This document shows, in pieces, positions 1 to 9,882 of a stretch of 64,000 nt of DNA. Both the position numbers and the translations under genes were made by a program. The stretch comes from Candidatus Bathyarchaeia archaeon (GTDB lineage: Archaea; Thermoproteota; Bathyarchaeia; Bathyarchaeales; Bathycorpusculaceae): assembly GCA_049512935.1 (NCBI GenBank), contig JBEKWR010000006.1, forward strand, positions 85,934 to 149,933. The letters run 5' to 3'. The notes beneath the pieces are model-generated. The model searched no databases and was not told the DNA's origin. It worked only from the letters and a program-made list of their open reading frames with translations. How positions within the stretch are numbered: position 1 is the first letter of the stretch; every line of letters starts with the position of its first letter.

Positions 1-225
1 ATTGCGAAGCCGCTTGCCAGGGTGCCTGAGAACTACATGAAGCTGGGAGTCGGCGACCTGCTGACGACTTTCGGGTTGTTCTGGATGGGCGAAGGAGTCG
101 GCGTCCAATGGCCCCTCGGCGACGCGTTCCTGCCTGTGCTATTGGCGATAATCTTCCTGACCACAGTGGGGTTAATCGCTTACTTCAGGCGGGTTCACAA
201 GAGAGAAATGGAGGCTGCCGCCTAA
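1..225 (+). CDS. COG4280-like membrane protein, C-terminal part (5' end outside window)
   Basis: Frame is open from the window edge; PENxMKxxVGxLLTTFGxFWxGEGxGVxWP motif typical of COG4280. Confidence 0.65.
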   Translation: MAKPLARVPENYMKLGVGDLLTTFGLFWMGEGVGVQWPLGDAFLPVLLAIIFLTTVGLIAYFRRVHKREMEAAA

Positions 226-470
226 TGTCCACCTACAAAACGTCGAGCAAAATCTGGAAAGCCGTCAAAGGCTTCTTCGGATTTTGGAAGGACTTTCTAG
301 TCGGCGACTCCCCAGTTCTGGCGCTGGGCGCAGTAATCATCTTAGCCGTCGCTTACCTCCTCCGCAGCTCAGCCGTCTTGGCGCCTGCCGTAGCCGTCGT
401 TTTGGTGCTGGTTCTAATCACGTTTACCGTGTGGCAGAAAACTTGGAAACGACGCCGACTGCGACCTTAA
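225..470 (+). CDS. small membrane protein (2 TM)
   Basis: ATG at 225 overlaps the upstream TAA (TAATG); FWKDFLVGD followed by two hydrophobic helices. Confidence 0.65.
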   Translation: MSTYKTSSKIWKAVKGFFGFWKDFLVGDSPVLALGAVIILAVAYLLRSSAVLAPAVAVVLVLVLITFTVWQKTWKRRRLRP

Positions 471-618
471 GTGGCGGGGGTTCAGCCTTCAGGTCTTTCC
501 GTTTCAGGTCCTTTTTCTTGGGCTTTCTGCTGGGTCGTTTTTTCGAGTGTTAACGCCCAGTTGGTGAAGCAGTCCCACAGCAGGCTCGACTCGCTCTGGG
601 TTTCTGTTTCGCCGTTGC

Positions 619-1425
619 TCATATGGTCGCCTTGAGGTACCTGTTGAAGAAGTCTAAAGCCATGGTCCACGCATCTTCAGCTGCGGCTTTGTTGTATGAG
701 GGTCTGTTCTCGTTGAAGAAGGCGTGCTGCGTTCCCTGATAGACCTTCAGTTGAAACGTCTTCTTGTTCGCAATCATGCTTTCAACCAGCGCCGTGACGC
801 CACAAGTTATCCTCTGGTCCTCCCCAGCGTAGATTCCGAACACGGGACCGCTGATTTTAGCGACGGATTCCAACGGTCTAGGGTTCGCGCCGTAGAAAGG
901 AACAGCAGCCTTGAACGGGTACAAAGTTGCAAGCTGGTAAGACAAGCCGCCTCCGAGGCAGAACCCCGTGATTCCAAGCCGCTCGCCGTCCACGACCTTC
1001 AGGCTTTTAGCGTAGTCTACGCAGCACAGAAGGTCCTCCGCCATCGTTTTTTCCGCGGCTTCCCGCCCTGCAAAGAAAAAGTTCATCACTTTTCGGTCGT
1101 TCTCAGGCAGGCTTTCCATGAGCGCTTTCATCGCGGCTGGGTCGTTGCGTTTTTCAGGCGGAACCTGCCACATGCGCATCATCGCCTTCTCGATTGCTTG
1201 CTCGGTCAGGTCTTTTTCTCGGCTGAAAAGGTGCGGAGCGACGGCGACGAAGCCTTGCTGCGCGTACCTGTTCGCGACGCCTTTGATCTGCTCGTTGAGC
1301 CCCCACGCTTCGTGGACAACAATAATCGCGGGGTAAATGCCTTCGGGTTTGGGGATGGCTACGTAAGCCGCCATGTCTGCGCCGTCAGGACACTTGAAGG
1401 TTACAATTTGGTTAGAGAATTCCAT
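619..1425 (-). CDS. dienelactone hydrolase family protein
   Basis: VHEAWGLN, GFCLGG nucleophile elbow, HAFFN catalytic His. Confidence 0.92.
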   Translation of the reverse strand: MEFSNQIVTFKCPDGADMAAYVAIPKPEGIYPAIIVVHEAWGLNEQIKGVANRYAQQGFVAVAPHLFSREKDLTEQAIEKAMMRMWQVPPEKRNDPAAMKALMESLPENDRKVMNFFFAGREAAEKTMAEDLLCCVDYAKSLKVVDGERLGITGFCLGGGLSYQLATLYPFKAAVPFYGANPRPLESVAKISGPVFGIYAGEDQRITCGVTALVESMIANKKTFQLKVYQGTQHAFFNENRPSYNKAAAEDAWTMALDFFNRYLKATI

Positions 1426-1512
1426 AAAGGTCAAACTAAATTTTTAGCAGGTAAATATTTAACTGTTCCTACCTCACGAAGAAGCCCAACGGTCCGCTTC
1501 GAAACGGATTGG

Positions 1513-2082
1513 TCACTTGGCAATCAAGACAGCCACGTAGCACTTCAAATCATCCCTGTCCAAAAAAGAAGCAACCTGCAAAGACGTGCCCTCAAGAAAA
1601 TCCACGAACGTTTCCAGCGGAAAAGCCTTCTTCAACCCAGTCACGACCACGATTCCGCCCGCCGCAACCACCCTTTTCAGTTCGCCCAGCGTTTGCGACG
1701 GGTCAGGCATGTTCTGAAGCACCGTGAACGTGAAAACGGCGTCGAAAAAGCCGTTGCTGAAAGGCAAGTGGTCAGCGTCAGCCTGCAAAACGAAAACGTT
1801 TCCCGCCATCTTCGCCTCACCTCTGGCTTTAAGCAGCAGCCTACGTGAAACGTCAACAGCCACGACCACGCTTGCGCAAGAAGCAACATGGCTGAAAAAC
1901 AGTCCCGAGCCGCATCCGACATCCAAAACGGCGCCGCCTGCCACCGTGACGTTTTCCAGTGCCGCCCTGTACTTTGCCCGCTGCTCCTCCGCGTAGCGCT
2001 CCTCGTACATGTCAGCCGTCAAATCGTACCGCCGCATCACCCTGCGCTTCTCTCTCCAGCCTGCCACGTGGGTTTCCTTCAA
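1513..2082 (-). CDS. class I SAM-dependent methyltransferase
   Basis: VLDVGCGSG motif I; ADADHLPF..FDAV. Confidence 0.9.
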   Translation of the reverse strand: MKETHVAGWREKRRVMRRYDLTADMYEERYAEEQRAKYRAALENVTVAGGAVLDVGCGSGLFFSHVASCASVVVAVDVSRRLLLKARGEAKMAGNVFVLQADADHLPFSNGFFDAVFTFTVLQNMPDPSQTLGELKRVVAAGGIVVVTGLKKAFPLETFVDFLEGTSLQVASFLDRDDLKCYVAVLIAK

Positions 2083-2130
2083 GAAATCTTATGTACCCAA
2101 GCACTGTCTAAAATAGTTGGCTGAAAAACC

Positions 2131-2916
2131 TTGCAACAACCCAACAAACTCAACGTGCTAACCAAACCCACGCTGGCACAAGCGGCAGCGCTGATTGAGC
2201 GGGCGTTCGCTCAGAGAAGAACCCTCATCGTCGCGGGCACTTGCAGCGTACACTACGTCGGCAGAGCAAACAGCACGCTTGAAGCTGGCGAACGCATATT
2301 AATCATCAAATCTGACGGGTCGCTTCTTGTCCACCGCCCAGTCGGGTACGAACCAGTCAACTGGCAGCCCTCGGGAAGCATCTTCCACGTCCAAGCCAAA
2401 GACGAAAGCCACCTTGAAATCCACGGAGTCAGGCAGAAACCCAGAGAAAACGTCAAAGTAACCTTCAGCAACATCCTTATGGTTTCAGCCTTAGCATTAG
2501 AAGATTCAGGCGAGTTTGTTCTAAACGCATCCGAAGACGACATGCACCGCGCCATCCTTCTTAAACCAGAACTTCTCGAAGAAGGCTTCAAACCCATCAG
2601 TTGGGAAAAGAAAGTTGAGCCAGGCTTTGTGGACGTTTACGGCGAAGACAAGAACGGGCGTCTGGTAGTTGTTGAGGTTAAGCGGAAAACTGCGGGAAAA
2701 GAGGCTGTCTTGCAGCTTTCGCGGTACATTGAGGCGATTAAGGGGAAGGCGAATCGTGAACTGCGCGGCGTGCTGGTGGCTCCGAGCCTAGGCAAAGATG
2801 TTCAGAGGATGCTGGCAACGTTGGGGTTGGAGTTTAAGGCGCTTGACCCTAAACAGTGCGCGGAAGTGCTGAAAAAGGCAGAGAACACAAGGTTAGAATC
2901 TTTCTTTAAAAAATAA
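2131..2916 (+). CDS. nucS: mismatch-specific endonuclease NucS/EndoMS
   Basis: CSVHYVGRA, IKSDGSLLVH, PVNWQP, VDVYG..VVVEVKR, QLSRY motifs. Confidence 0.95.
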   Translation: MQQPNKLNVLTKPTLAQAAALIERAFAQRRTLIVAGTCSVHYVGRANSTLEAGERILIIKSDGSLLVHRPVGYEPVNWQPSGSIFHVQAKDESHLEIHGVRQKPRENVKVTFSNILMVSALALEDSGEFVLNASEDDMHRAILLKPELLEEGFKPISWEKKVEPGFVDVYGEDKNGRLVVVEVKRKTAGKEAVLQLSRYIEAIKGKANRELRGVLVAPSLGKDVQRMLATLGLEFKALDPKQCAEVLKKAENTRLESFFKK

Positions 2917-3080
2917 CCATAATTTAATCCGTTTTCAAGAGTTTTTCCCCGCTGTTCAGCCATTTAACAATGTCCACGGTTTACATTGATACGTGAATTC
3001 GTTAGCGTATGCATTAGCTATCAAATTAAGAAAATAGTAACTTGAGCCGCTTAGGCTGAATCCACTGTTGATTTTGCGGG

Positions 3081-3542
3081 TTAAGCCCTTGCTCTGTTAG
3101 ATCCAGTTAACAAACCTGCAAACCCCACAAAAAATACGTAGATGCATGCAATGGAGTAAAAGGCATATGGTATCAATAAATCATAAACAAAGGTGCTGGG
3201 GCTGTAGAAGTTCGAATAAAAGTCTTGATAATATTCAAGGGCTTCAAAGGTTCTCAACCATTCGCCAACAAAGAAACCTGCAAAAAAACCGATGAAGCAT
3301 GAAACAAAAAGAAGAAACACAACTGACTTTAGTTTCGTAGAAGCGCCTGTTGATCGCCCGAAAAACCTGAAGACAAAAAAGGGGAACACGGTTGAAAACA
3401 GAAGCATAAAGGCGCCATACATCATTGCCCATGCTGGAATTGATAAGTTGAATTGCTCTTGAAAATAGTAGGGGTCGACGAAAACGCCAGTTGCAAAGGA
3501 AAACGAGAACCCGGCAATAGCTACTTTCACTGCCAATTTCAT
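3081..3542 (-). CDS. hypothetical membrane protein
   Basis: 153 aa, four hydrophobic helices; ATGA overlap with the upstream gene. Confidence 0.7.
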   Translation of the reverse strand: MKLAVKVAIAGFSFSFATGVFVDPYYFQEQFNLSIPAWAMMYGAFMLLFSTVFPFFVFRFFGRSTGASTKLKSVVFLLFVSCFIGFFAGFFVGEWLRTFEALEYYQDFYSNFYSPSTFVYDLLIPYAFYSIACIYVFFVGFAGLLTGSNRARA

Positions 3543-3934
3543 GTTGACTCGCCGAGACGTTTTCTTGCTGCTAACTCTAAAGCGGAGAATTGTACGAAAA
3601 AGATGAATAGATATGGGAAGAACAAAGGTATGTAAAAGAAGAAGCTAGGCATAAAAGTTGAAAACAAGATTTCTAACATGTTGAATTGGATGGCTGAACC
3701 TGCAAAATAACCACCTACAGTCGAAAGTAACAGAAAAATAATCGTCACCTTGGAGAGGGCAAAAAAAGCAGGATTTTTGCCTAACTGGTAGAAGACTATG
3801 AAGGGGACAACTATGGTGATGACTTCCATCAAAATGCTAAATGGAAAAAAATAAAAAAAGGCAAAATTCGTAACGGAAGTAATGGTAAACGAAAGCAGAA
3901 AAGCGACTAAACAGATTTTTTGGCTAAACTGCAT
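3539..3934 (-). CDS. hypothetical membrane protein, probable paralogue of 3081-3542
   Basis: 131 aa with the same 4-TM layout (PFxVFxxxG, GxFAG). Confidence 0.7.
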   Translation of the reverse strand: MQFSQKICLVAFLLSFTITSVTNFAFFYFFPFSILMEVITIVVPFIVFYQLGKNPAFFALSKVTIIFLLLSTVGGYFAGSAIQFNMLEILFSTFMPSFFFYIPLFFPYLFIFFVQFSALELAARKRLGEST

Positions 3935-4083
3935 GTTTGACCAAGTTATCTTTACTGCCTAATTATTTTTGTGTTTTTCGTCATTTGCCGCCCCGCCAAC
4001 AAGAAAACCTAGCTCGCCTGTGCCTACATCTTAACGAAGAAAGTTGCTGAAAAAGGCGGAGAGCACCAAGCTTGAATCGTTTT

Positions 4084-5787
4084 TTAATGATGAGTAACTG
4101 TCCCATTTTCGATCCACGTGTTCACGGAAGGGGAATCTAAAATTTGAGCTCCCAAATCCCAGAAGTCAGTTGCGCCCAAAAAAATGTTCGAGTCAAAAGT
4201 GTTGTTGTTGAATTTGGATATTTCCGCGGCATGCTCTTGGCTGGTAACAATGTTGTTTGAAAGAGTGTTGTTTGAGGCGTTGTCAAGTTGAAGACCTGTG
4301 AAAAAATTGTTGACTACGTTATTGCTTAGGTTGTTGAAGTAGGATTCGAATAATTCTACTCCGTAGCTTCCGCGCTCTGTGCTAAACGTGTTATTGCTTA
4401 TCTGATTGTAGTTTGATTCATCGTTTATGTTGATTCCCGGCGCGGTTAACCCAAAATCGTTTGATTGCACGAAGTTGTATGATGAATTTTCAAGGTCTAT
4501 TGCGGTTATTGCTCCAACGTTTGCAACCTGAGAATTATTCACGATGTTGCAGTCATTTGATAATTGGAGAAGGATTCCTTTAGGCAAAGAATTGATGAGC
4601 GGGTTTTGTAAAGAATTTCCGTCGATGTTGCAGTTGCTCGAATCTGAAATGCTAATGAAGGTGGAATCATTTTGTTCAATGTTGTTGTTAAGCACAAGGA
4701 TGTTGGTTGACGCCTCAACTGAGATGCCTATGTTGCTGTTTTGTGATACGTCATTGTTGGAAACCGTGCAGCCGCTGGAGAATTGAACCCAGACGCCCTC
4801 GTAGCTGCTGGAAATGATGTTGTTGGTGACGGCTGAGTTAACCGTTTTAACTAAGTGTATGCCGCCGTAGCTGTTGGTTATGTCAAGGTTTTGAACGGTA
4901 ACGTCGTTGCAGTTCACGAGAATTAGTGCGCCCAAGTTTGGGTAAGAAGCTGAGTCTATCGTCAGTTGACTCTTGCCGATCAGGTAGTACACTGATTTGC
5001 CGTTAACGGTGTTCGATGAGTCAACGTTGTTTAAGAATAAGGAGGGATCGTCACCTGTCGCTCCAAAGTTGCACGTGTTATTGTACATGCTGTTGTTCCT
5101 CAAAGTGTTCCCTGTCGAGGATTCAAGCAGCATCCCGTTGTAACCGTTAAACGCCGTGTTTCCAGTGATAAGGTTTTGAGTGGACGAATCTACCAGAACG
5201 CCGTAGTTGTTGCCTGAAAGCTGGTTGTCAAAGACCTGGTTGTCTGAGCCGCCGTAAACCCAAACTCCCTTTCCGCAGTTAACCACCACATTGCCGAAAA
5301 CTTTGCAGCCTTGAACGTTGAGCAGATGAATGCCTGGAAGCTGGTTGAGCGAAGCAGAGGGCGGCGGCGCACCCGCGACATTTCGGACCGTGAAACCCGT
5401 TATTGTAACGTTGTCACTTTCGACAAGAAAAGTTGGACCCATATTGTTTCCGTCAACAATGGTTGTTCCGTTATTTTCGCCCTCTAAAGTTAAGGGCTTG
5501 TCAACGGTTACGCTTTCAACGTAGAGTCCCTGCTTCACGAAAATCACTGCTCCCGCGGTGGCGTTGCCCACGGCAGCGCTGATTGTCGGGTAATCGTCAG
5601 GGACCGTTATGGTGGGCTTTCCGATTGCTGAAGATTCTTGGGGTGCAACGTTGCCGTTGTCGGAGGTGGCTGCGGGCGCGGTCGGGCTCTGAGGGCGGCT
5701 GCCCTCATGGTTTGAAGTTGCCAGCACCGCCACGGCTGAGAGCAACGTGATAACGCAAACGATTAACGCAACAGTTCGCTTATGCAA
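4084..5787 (-). CDS. secreted NosD/CASH right-handed beta-helix protein
   Basis: Signal peptide, ITVPDDYPTISAAV, many GIxLxxSxNNxIxxN repeats, NTVNGKSVYY. Confidence 0.9.
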   Translation of the reverse strand: MHKRTVALIVCVITLLSAVAVLATSNHEGSRPQSPTAPAATSDNGNVAPQESSAIGKPTITVPDDYPTISAAVGNATAGAVIFVKQGLYVESVTVDKPLTLEGENNGTTIVDGNNMGPTFLVESDNVTITGFTVRNVAGAPPPSASLNQLPGIHLLNVQGCKVFGNVVVNCGKGVWVYGGSDNQVFDNQLSGNNYGVLVDSSTQNLITGNTAFNGYNGMLLESSTGNTLRNNSMYNNTCNFGATGDDPSLFLNNVDSSNTVNGKSVYYLIGKSQLTIDSASYPNLGALILVNCNDVTVQNLDITNSYGGIHLVKTVNSAVTNNIISSSYEGVWVQFSSGCTVSNNDVSQNSNIGISVEASTNILVLNNNIEQNDSTFISISDSSNCNIDGNSLQNPLINSLPKGILLQLSNDCNIVNNSQVANVGAITAIDLENSSYNFVQSNDFGLTAPGININDESNYNQISNNTFSTERGSYGVELFESYFNNLSNNVVNNFFTGLQLDNASNNTLSNNIVTSQEHAAEISKFNNNTFDSNIFLGATDFWDLGAQILDSPSVNTWIENGTVTHH

Positions 5788-5836
5788 ACTTGGCTCCTCG
5801 AATACTTTCCTCCATTAATCCGTAAAAAGGGTTTTC

Positions 5837-5890
5837 GTCAAGGTTCCTTGACTAGCAAAAAACAAGACTTAGTCAAGGTTTCTTGACTAA
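5837..5890. promoter_or_regulatory. two palindromic GTCAAG-N4-CTTGAC operator-like sites
   Basis: gtcaaggttccttgac at 5837-5852 and ttagtcaaggtttcttgactaa at 5869-5890, 50-100 bp upstream of the NosD-like gene. Confidence 0.55.
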
Positions 5891-5898
5891 AACTGACC

Positions 5899-6408
5899 CT
5901 AAGGGTTCTTGCCTGGAGCCATGCGCCACGTAGAAACGCTGAATAACGTGAACGCCGAGAGAAAAAGCAACACCATAATTTTGGTCAGGGCGAACGTTTG
6001 GAATGCGGAGATGGCCAGGATCGCGATTGGAAATGGACCGAGCAGCGTGAAAAAGAAGATGGCGACGGCTACGCCGTATGTTTCCTTGTAGTCTTTGATG
6101 CTTCGTTTGCCAAAGTACAACGCTGACAGCCTGCCCATGCCGAAGGTGCATTTTTTGCAGTTGTAGCAGGGTCGCATGCACCCAAGAAACTTGAGTACGC
6201 CGTAGACGCCGATGAGCGCAACAAGAAGGAACACCGCGCCAGCCGCCACGCTGACAAAGAGGAAAGCCGCAGTGTCCAGTGCAATCCAGAGTGCAAGGGC
6301 AAGGTTGCCGATGATGGTGAACGTTTTTGGGAACTCGATTGTCGCCGTTGCTTTTCCCGCTCCGCCGAGAATATGATTGCCCAGCGATATGAAAGTTTCA
6401 CTTAGCAT
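5899..6408 (-). CDS. membrane protein with Cys cluster (CxxPCYNCKKC)
   Basis: 169 aa, four TM helices; start uncertain. Confidence 0.75.
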   Translation of the reverse strand: MLSETFISLGNHILGGAGKATATIEFPKTFTIIGNLALALWIALDTAAFLFVSVAAGAVFLLVALIGVYGVLKFLGCMRPCYNCKKCTFGMGRLSALYFGKRSIKDYKETYGVAVAIFFFTLLGPFPIAILAISAFQTFALTKIMVLLFLSAFTLFSVSTWRMAPGKNP

Positions 6409-6420
6409 ATTCCAGCCAAG

Positions 6421-7739
6421 GATACTGTTAAGTTACCCATTTGACAGAACCTGTTCAACAACTTGTGATTACAACTTGAAATACGCAAAATATATAAAGA
6501 GATACAATCGTTGTAGTAGCTTGAGCATGCCCTTAGACCAAAGGGCTTGTTTCGTGTGTTAATTGATGTATCTATTTAGTTTTTTCTCTTAACTCATCAG
6601 GAGTTATTTTTGTTAAGCTAGTACCACAGTTCTTCAAGTATTGGTATAGTTTTTCGCTATTTTCCCCCAATACTAAGAAATAGTCGCCAGATTTGCCCAA
6701 TCTAACATCAGTATCAGCTCTAAAATACTTGAAACTGCCTTTTGTAGCGAAAAGGAAATTCGATAAGTCATCAAAGATTGGCAGGTCTTCAAACAACGTT
6801 CTTTCCTCTTTTGTAGCCACACCCGCCAAGGACTCGGTGGGAACAAATACTAATGGTCGCGCAATAAATTGGGTCAAATCAATTTCTCGCCTATTGACTG
6901 GGGTCATGAACCTCAATATTGCCGTGTTTCCACCTAGTTCATGTACTAAAACTTTTCTCGACCATGGGAATGCAGAATAAAGTCGTTCAAAGCCTTGTCT
7001 GCCAAAATATTCATGCCTTTCTTTTAGTGCCACAATAGTGACTCTGAGTAATAAATCAGCTACTGAAATCAAACAATTACAGTTTCCACCCTTGTAAACG
7101 ACAGATAAGTTTGAAAGGTGAGATATTGCTTCCCAACATGGCGTATGACATGACTCAAAATGGTCAACGTAAATTTTTTCAATGTCTTTGTTGCCATACT
7201 CATTAAGATAGAAATAGGCAACATTATGTGGGTAACCATTTGTAATTAAGCGTAGAAATTCAACTGGATTCTTTGTCTCTGGCTGATCTTGACCGTATAT
7301 CGATATTGCTGGATTTTTAGCGGGATTGTAGCGAGTAAAATACACGTCAATTCGCTCTATCTCTTCCTTAAGGCAATCGAGTAATGGCATAAGTATTTGA
7401 TTCTCACGTTCAGGTGCTAACCGTGAAATATCGTAGGCTTTTAGTACAACTCGTTTTGTTTTAATTCCGAGTGTATCTAAGGAACTTTTCATACAAGTCG
7501 CATAAGCATCATTGAATTTCTTTTCGTTTTTACATGACACGGCAATACCTAGCAATCCTTCAAAAATGTTGGGTTTATTGCCTAATTCTGCCTTTACTGA
7601 GTCAATGCCTACAGCCACCAAGCAAATGTCATCCACGTTTTAGATTAGTAGGATTTCGCTCTTAATGTTTTTGTTTATGCTATTTTTACTTTCTGTTTGA
7701 TTTTTCTTTTGTACTCCTCTTCACTTAGTTAACAGTATC
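6421..7739. mobile_element. non-autonomous IS6-like cassette (TIR-bounded, one passenger gene)
   Basis: Left end gatactgttaagtta is identical to the first 15 nt of the TIR at 24651; right end ttaacagtatc (7729-7739); AT-rich interior; no transposase and no direct TSD. Confidence 0.6.
6572..7636 (-). CDS. hypothetical protein, putative RNase H-like/DUF3800-like fold
   Basis: 354 aa, AT-rich; N-terminal VAVGIDS, IYVDHFE and ISVADLL acidic motifs; fold is inference. Confidence 0.6.
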   Translation of the reverse strand: MDDICLVAVGIDSVKAELGNKPNIFEGLLGIAVSCKNEKKFNDAYATCMKSSLDTLGIKTKRVVLKAYDISRLAPERENQILMPLLDCLKEEIERIDVYFTRYNPAKNPAISIYGQDQPETKNPVEFLRLITNGYPHNVAYFYLNEYGNKDIEKIYVDHFESCHTPCWEAISHLSNLSVVYKGGNCNCLISVADLLLRVTIVALKERHEYFGRQGFERLYSAFPWSRKVLVHELGGNTAILRFMTPVNRREIDLTQFIARPLVFVPTESLAGVATKEERTLFEDLPIFDDLSNFLFATKGSFKYFRADTDVRLGKSGDYFLVLGENSEKLYQYLKNCGTSLTKITPDELREKTK

Positions 7740-7971
7740 GTATCCTTGGATACCGTTAAGTCTTTTGTGGTGGCAAGTGGGCTGAATTCAAATGCTGGAA
7801 AAACGCCGAAGAAGCAGAGCAAATCGTAACGTCACCCATGAAAAGCTACCAGCAACTCCAACAAAAACAAGCAGGGCTCGCAGAAGCCCCATAACCATTT
7901 TTTTGGTTCAAAGGCAAGCGCTAACTTTTTATCGATTCGTCATTAAATTAACATGCCGCGGGAGAACGCCA

Positions 7972-8577
7972 ATGGATTTCATATCCGATTTAGTCAAAGC
8001 CGTCATAGCCTTATTCATAATTGTCGATCCCTTCGGCAACATACCCATCTTTATAGGTTTAACCGAAAACATTCCCGAAGCACAGATAAAAAAGGTGTAC
8101 AACACTGCAGTGATTGTTGGAATGGCTTTATTACTAGTTTTCGCCTTTGCAGGAACCGCCATTTTAGACATTTTCGGGTTGACGATACCCAGCTTCGAGG
8201 TGGCAGGAGGAATTCTGCTCCTAATTATTGCCGTTAGAATAGTGGTCTCAGGTATTCACGAAACGGTTGAATCTCCAGAAAGTATAGGAGCAGTCCCAAT
8301 AGCTATTCCGCTTCTCGTTGGGCCCGGAGCCATCACCACAACCATAATTACTCTTCAATCTTACAGTACTGAAGGGGCAGCAATTGCAGTTACAATCACA
8401 GTTCTCGCCGTTGTGATAGTGCTGTCTTTAACATGGGTTATTCTTAGGTTCATTAACGGCATCCACAAGGTTTTAGGCAAAACAGGCGCGGTAGTGATAG
8501 CCAGAGTTATGGCGCTTCTTATCGCCGCCATCGCAGTCCAGTACATACTGACCGGCGTAACCCACTTCATAGCCTAA
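7972..8577 (+). CDS. marC: MarC family membrane protein
   Basis: IVDPFGNIPIF, AVPIAIPLLVGPGAIT, ARVMALLIAAIAVQ; start set at ATG 7972. Confidence 0.92.
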   Translation: MDFISDLVKAVIALFIIVDPFGNIPIFIGLTENIPEAQIKKVYNTAVIVGMALLLVFAFAGTAILDIFGLTIPSFEVAGGILLLIIAVRIVVSGIHETVESPESIGAVPIAIPLLVGPGAITTTIITLQSYSTEGAAIAVTITVLAVVIVLSLTWVILRFINGIHKVLGKTGAVVIARVMALLIAAIAVQYILTGVTHFIA

Positions 8578-8934
8578 AACGCAAACTGTACAAAACAAAC
8601 AATTCGCCGGGCGTCGAGCAGGGGCAGTGGGCTGTCTGACATATTACGATTCTTTGCACAACGCTTAAAAGACGTTTCATTGAGAAATGGAAGTTATGCT
8701 CGTTTGGGGATGAGAGAGGGGCTTAAAGTCCACCCGAAGCCGCCCTTAGCTTCCATTCCGCTTCCGTCAGGAGGGGATTCCTTAGGTTTGTCCATGTTTC
8801 GCTTCGGGTTTCTGCGGCTTGGCTTCGGCTTATCCGCTGGACAACCGTGGATAGGGCCTCTTTCCGCCGTGATATACTGTAGAAATCGTAATATTGGCAT
8901 GAGGTAATAATGGATATATTAATACTCGCTACAG

Positions 8935-9777
8935 TTGAAAGTCGGCGAGCAAAATGAGTGGAAAAAACAGCATCAAACAAGCCGCCGTAATGTTCGAAGA
9001 AAAAGCGGATTCACAATTTACGAAGAAGAAAGCGTTGTTTACTTTCAGCAGATTGATGGAGACTTAGACGTTTTGCCGCAGCAGTCAGATGCCCCCGACG
9101 TAAGCGTAATCATACCCGCCTACAACGAAGAGGAGACCATAGCTGAGGTCCTGCGCAGGATGATCAAAGTCAGCTGGTCGCTGGGCAACGTGGAAATCAT
9201 CGTGGTCGACGACGGGTCCTCTGACCGCACCAGAGAAGAGGTCACGGCTTTTCCGCTTGTCAAGTGCTTCAGCCACGCTGTTAACCGCGGCAAAGGCGCC
9301 GCCGTGCGCACCGGCATCGAAAACAGCCATGGCAAAGTCGTTGTAATCAACGACGCGGATTTGGAGTACGAGCCTGAGTACCTGCCTATGCTGGTGAAGC
9401 CGATTTTGGACGGTTCCAGCGACATCGTTTACGGCAGCAGGTTCAAAGGCGACACGGATGGGATGAGCTTTTCCCACTACGTTGGGAACTCGGTGCTGTC
9501 GCTTATGGCGCGGTTCCTCTACAGCCGAGAAATCACCGACATAATGACTGGGCAAAAGGCGTTCCGCCGCTCGATTCTGGACGGCGCCAAGCTGCGGGAA
9601 GACGGCTTCGCGGTTGAGGTTGAAATGACCTGTGCGGGTTTGAACGCCGGGCGAAGGTTCAAGGAGGTCCCGATTCCCTACTTGTACAGGCGCCACGGCT
9701 ACAGCAAAATCGCCAACATGGACGGCGTCAGAAGCTTCATCAAACTAATAACGCTCTTCTTAACGACAAACGGCTAA
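8935..9777 (+). CDS. GT2 glycosyltransferase (DPM1-like)
   Basis: VIIPAYNEE, VVDDGSSD, NRGKGAA, DADLEY, GSRF; start uncertain. Confidence 0.92.
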   Translation: MKVGEQNEWKKQHQTSRRNVRRKSGFTIYEEESVVYFQQIDGDLDVLPQQSDAPDVSVIIPAYNEEETIAEVLRRMIKVSWSLGNVEIIVVDDGSSDRTREEVTAFPLVKCFSHAVNRGKGAAVRTGIENSHGKVVVINDADLEYEPEYLPMLVKPILDGSSDIVYGSRFKGDTDGMSFSHYVGNSVLSLMARFLYSREITDIMTGQKAFRRSILDGAKLREDGFAVEVEMTCAGLNAGRRFKEVPIPYLYRRHGYSKIANMDGVRSFIKLITLFLTTNG

Positions 9778-9882
9778 AACAGGCGCAAAACGGCGCAGCC
9801 CTGTCTTCGTGTTTGGTCGCTCTGTCAAGAAGCCTTCTTGGCGAAGGCGCGTTTTTGAAACGGGTGTCTTCGAGGTCCCACT

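Noticed and set aside
724-1848. 374-aa + strand ORF
   Set aside because: Antisense shadow of two well-supported genes
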